This document shows, in pieces, positions 61,600 through 64,000 of a stretch of 64,000 nt of DNA. How positions within the stretch are numbered: the first letter of the stretch is position 1; each line of letters starts with the position of its first letter. A program made the position numbers and the translations under genes. The DNA lies in assembly GCA_051362555.1 (NCBI GenBank), contig CM120645.1:6448001-6512000 (forward strand). Direction: 5' to 3'. The notes under the pieces were generated by a model. It saw nothing but the letters and a program-made list of their open reading frames with translations, did no database searches and was not told where the DNA came from. Source of the DNA: Lingula anatina (Eukaryota > Animalia > Brachiopoda).

Positions 61600-61704
61600 T
61601 TTGTCTTCATCTTTATCTCCATCATATGCAAATACAGTTGTAATCACTCCATCTTCCTGCTCTTCAGTCAAGTCTTTTGCCTCTGCTGTTGGAGGGGCTC
61701 CAGT
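61600..61704 (-). CDS. Podocalyxin/CD34-like protein exon (TGAPPTAEAKDLTEEQEDGVITTVFAYDGDKDEDK)
   Basis: tttcag| acceptor, AAA|gtaggg donor, phase 0 to 0. Confidence 0.8.
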
Positions 61705-62361
61705 CTGAAACAAGCCAAAGTAATGTCAACTTAACCTAAGATCTAATAAACGGATTAGATCTTAGACTTAACAAAACAATCTTAATTGAGATAATTTTCA
61801 GTAATGTATTTTACATATTGTTATGCCTTTTTTTGTTTGTTTGTGTGCCCACTAAGATAATATGGTTGCCTTTAAAAGTAAAAGATTTCTTCTTTTCAAC
61901 TTCTTTAAGATGATGTAATATTAAAAATATTAGTAATATTTAAAAAAACATTATCTGCCTGTATTTTATTTGATAAAAAAGTGCTTCAGGTGTGAATTTT
62001 TGTGTTAAATTGTTTATCAATTGTGCTCAAGCATGCAATGAGAGTTCATCTGTTCAGCATTCAAACAGATGTATAAGTGCTGTAAGTGGAAATAAGCCCA
62101 GGATTGAACTGAAAAAATGATAACGTCACTGCAGATGAATGTTTTCAAATAAAATTGATGCTGAAGAAGATAAATTTCTCAAATATCCTAATCAAATCTC
62201 ACCAATTTGCATAAGAAGTGGGTTCATGCAGAATTTAGTCAAACAAGCCATTGTAAAATCAAAATCATTCTTTATGTCATTATACAAGAATATCAATAAT
62301 AAAAATCATAACAAAGTTATAAGTATTTAAGTTTTTAATTATACACACAAGTTCTGCTTAC

Positions 62362-62438
62362 AGTAGCTGCCAATGTTGTCTGTTCAGAAGATGTGGTAAC
62401 TGCCTCTGTTGTCTGGGTTGCTTCAGTGGTCTCTTCAA
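62362..62438 (-). CDS. Podocalyxin/CD34-like protein mucin exon (VEETTEATQTTEAVTTSSEQTTLAAT)
   Basis: tttcag| acceptor, ACT|gtaagc donor, phase 1 to 0; Thr-rich. Confidence 0.8.
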
Positions 62439-63632
62439 CTGAAAAACATATCACATGCCATTTCAAAGAGAAGCAACTGCTTAATCCAGGCAGACAGTTT
62501 TCTTATTCAAAACGTATCTTTTGGGTCTTCAGGTAAAATTCAGACCTTTTCCGTGTATGTATACAACTTTCTAAACAGTTATTATCTATTGATATTTCTA
62601 TTGCACAAGTTGACAGTTGTGTATATAAGGCTTTTTTTAAGCATTAAAGGATAAACATCTTTAATTGGACATGGCAATTCTAACTTTATCATGTGTTCTG
62701 GGGCCTCTTTGACATATACAAGTATAACAGTATATTTTTCCCCACTGGCCAAATAATTGTTCATTTTAGACCAGGACATGGATATATCTATTTTCTCTTG
62801 TTCATCAGCTCTAATTAACTAGCTTAGAATTGTTATACTGATCAATAATCAAGGAAAGTCACCAAGTTAAACTACAGGACACAAAGTTGACCTCTTTGCC
62901 CAATATGGATTGACCAACAAAAACTGACCACACTGACAAAAATATGCCAAAGAGACCCTGTACATTTCCAAGACTATACAGATATGAGGATTTTGATTTA
63001 GTAAACAGTGCTGACCAGCGGTCAGGATTTCTGTCAGATTTTCAACTTTGGGGGCATTTTGGCTCATACATCTGTAGGTTCTTATATAACCAAAAAATAA
63101 GACCCCTTCAAGCTGTTCTGAAAGAAACCCCTCTGACTCGGGCAGTATCAGTAGGAGTGCAAACAGATGAGGCAACTAGGTAGTGCAGCTATGATTTTAG
63201 TAATTGACGTATTGTATGTGAAGATTAGACTCTTAACTTTTTTCATTTGTATATAACAAATAGCTTTGTGACTGATAACAATTATGTACATTTGGCAAAA
63301 GACTTAAATTTGCCCAAAGTATACCCTTGAAGAAACATTCCTGTCTATAGTCTAATCTACTTTATTCAAGTAACTATCAGATATATACTATGTACTCATC
63401 TATAGTGATTAGTTCTATTCAGAAATGTCACTTTTTGACCTCTGCGTACATGTACATGCTGCCTTTCAAAAAAACCTCAGAAGTTGGGTATATAAGACTT
63501 TTCCGCTCCATTTAAGTATCACATAAAAGCCTCTAGGCTCTAGCTGCCAGTGGAGCCTCAATGCACTGTGTGCCATCCTACCTATCACCTTGGTCTTGTT
63601 GGGCACCTCGGGCTTCTTGCTGTTCCTCTTAC

Positions 63633-63710
63633 CTGTGGTGGTCTCAGGGGCAGGTGTTGTGATGGGGCCAGCCACGCCCTTCTGGGCCACACTTAACGTC
63701 TCTCCTGGGC
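63633..63710 (-). CDS. Podocalyxin/CD34-like protein mucin exon (GPGETLSVAQKGVAGPITTPAPETTT); gene continues beyond the window
   Basis: attcag| acceptor, ACAG|gtaaga donor, phase 1 to 1. Confidence 0.78.
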
Positions 63711-63797
63711 CTGAATGAGACAGATGGAAAGTGCATGTATGTGACACAACTTTGTCATCTACGCAAAATAAGTTCCTCATTTGTTTCGGTTTCAATA

Positions 63798-63935
63798 GTG
63801 TGTGTGTGTGCGCGTGCGTGCGTGCGTGCATGTGTGTGTGCAGTTCTGTATAAAAGCATGTTTGTGTGTGTTTTAAAGCATGTGTGCATGTGTTTAAAAT
63901 CATGGGTGCATGTGTGTGTATGCATATGTATAGGT
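63798..63935. repeat. (GT)n/(GCGT)n compound microsatellite
   Basis: Direct inspection; similar simple repeats at 28866-28896 (CT) and 44962-44987 (GT). Confidence 0.9.
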
Positions 63936-64000
63936 ATGAATGAATGCATGACTGTGCCTATGCTTTGCATATGACAGTGTACGTTGATTCATGTGATTTT

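Overview
AT-rich, intron-rich animal genomic DNA with GT-AG introns, microsatellites and many MITEs. It looks like an invertebrate, possibly a lophotrochozoan or mollusc, but the taxon cannot be proven from this window. All gene models were built by hand with splice-phase checking. (1) The 5' end of an unidentified minus-strand gene (417-731) that shares a short bidirectional promoter with gene 2. (2) A plus-strand gene of 17 coding exons (1174-55181, about 1683 aa): helical N-terminus, three extended Tudor domains with intact aromatic cages, a WDPM motif and a CCCH zinc finger before the last Tudor, resembling the piRNA factor Krimper. (3) A class A GPCR with a single coding exon (38817-40610, 597 aa), nested on the same strand inside the 35.9-kb intron of gene 2. 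Its activation motifs are degenerate (DRY to ESY, NPxxY to SPLLN, CWxP to SYTP). (4) The last seven exons of a convergent minus-strand mucin-like type I membrane protein (58940-63710, continuing beyond the window), whose tail (HENP...MLEK...WVVP...EDTKL) resembles vertebrate podocalyxin/CD34-family tails. Mobile DNA includes a 3-kb CMC/EnSpm-like non-autonomous transposon carrying a decayed Ty3/Gypsy element (two LTRs, tRNA-Ser PBS, gag and protease relics, PPT), a foldback element, several MITE families (one nested), a tRNA-derived SINE, a LINE RT relic and HINE-like elements. Family assignments rest on remembered motifs; no database searches were run.
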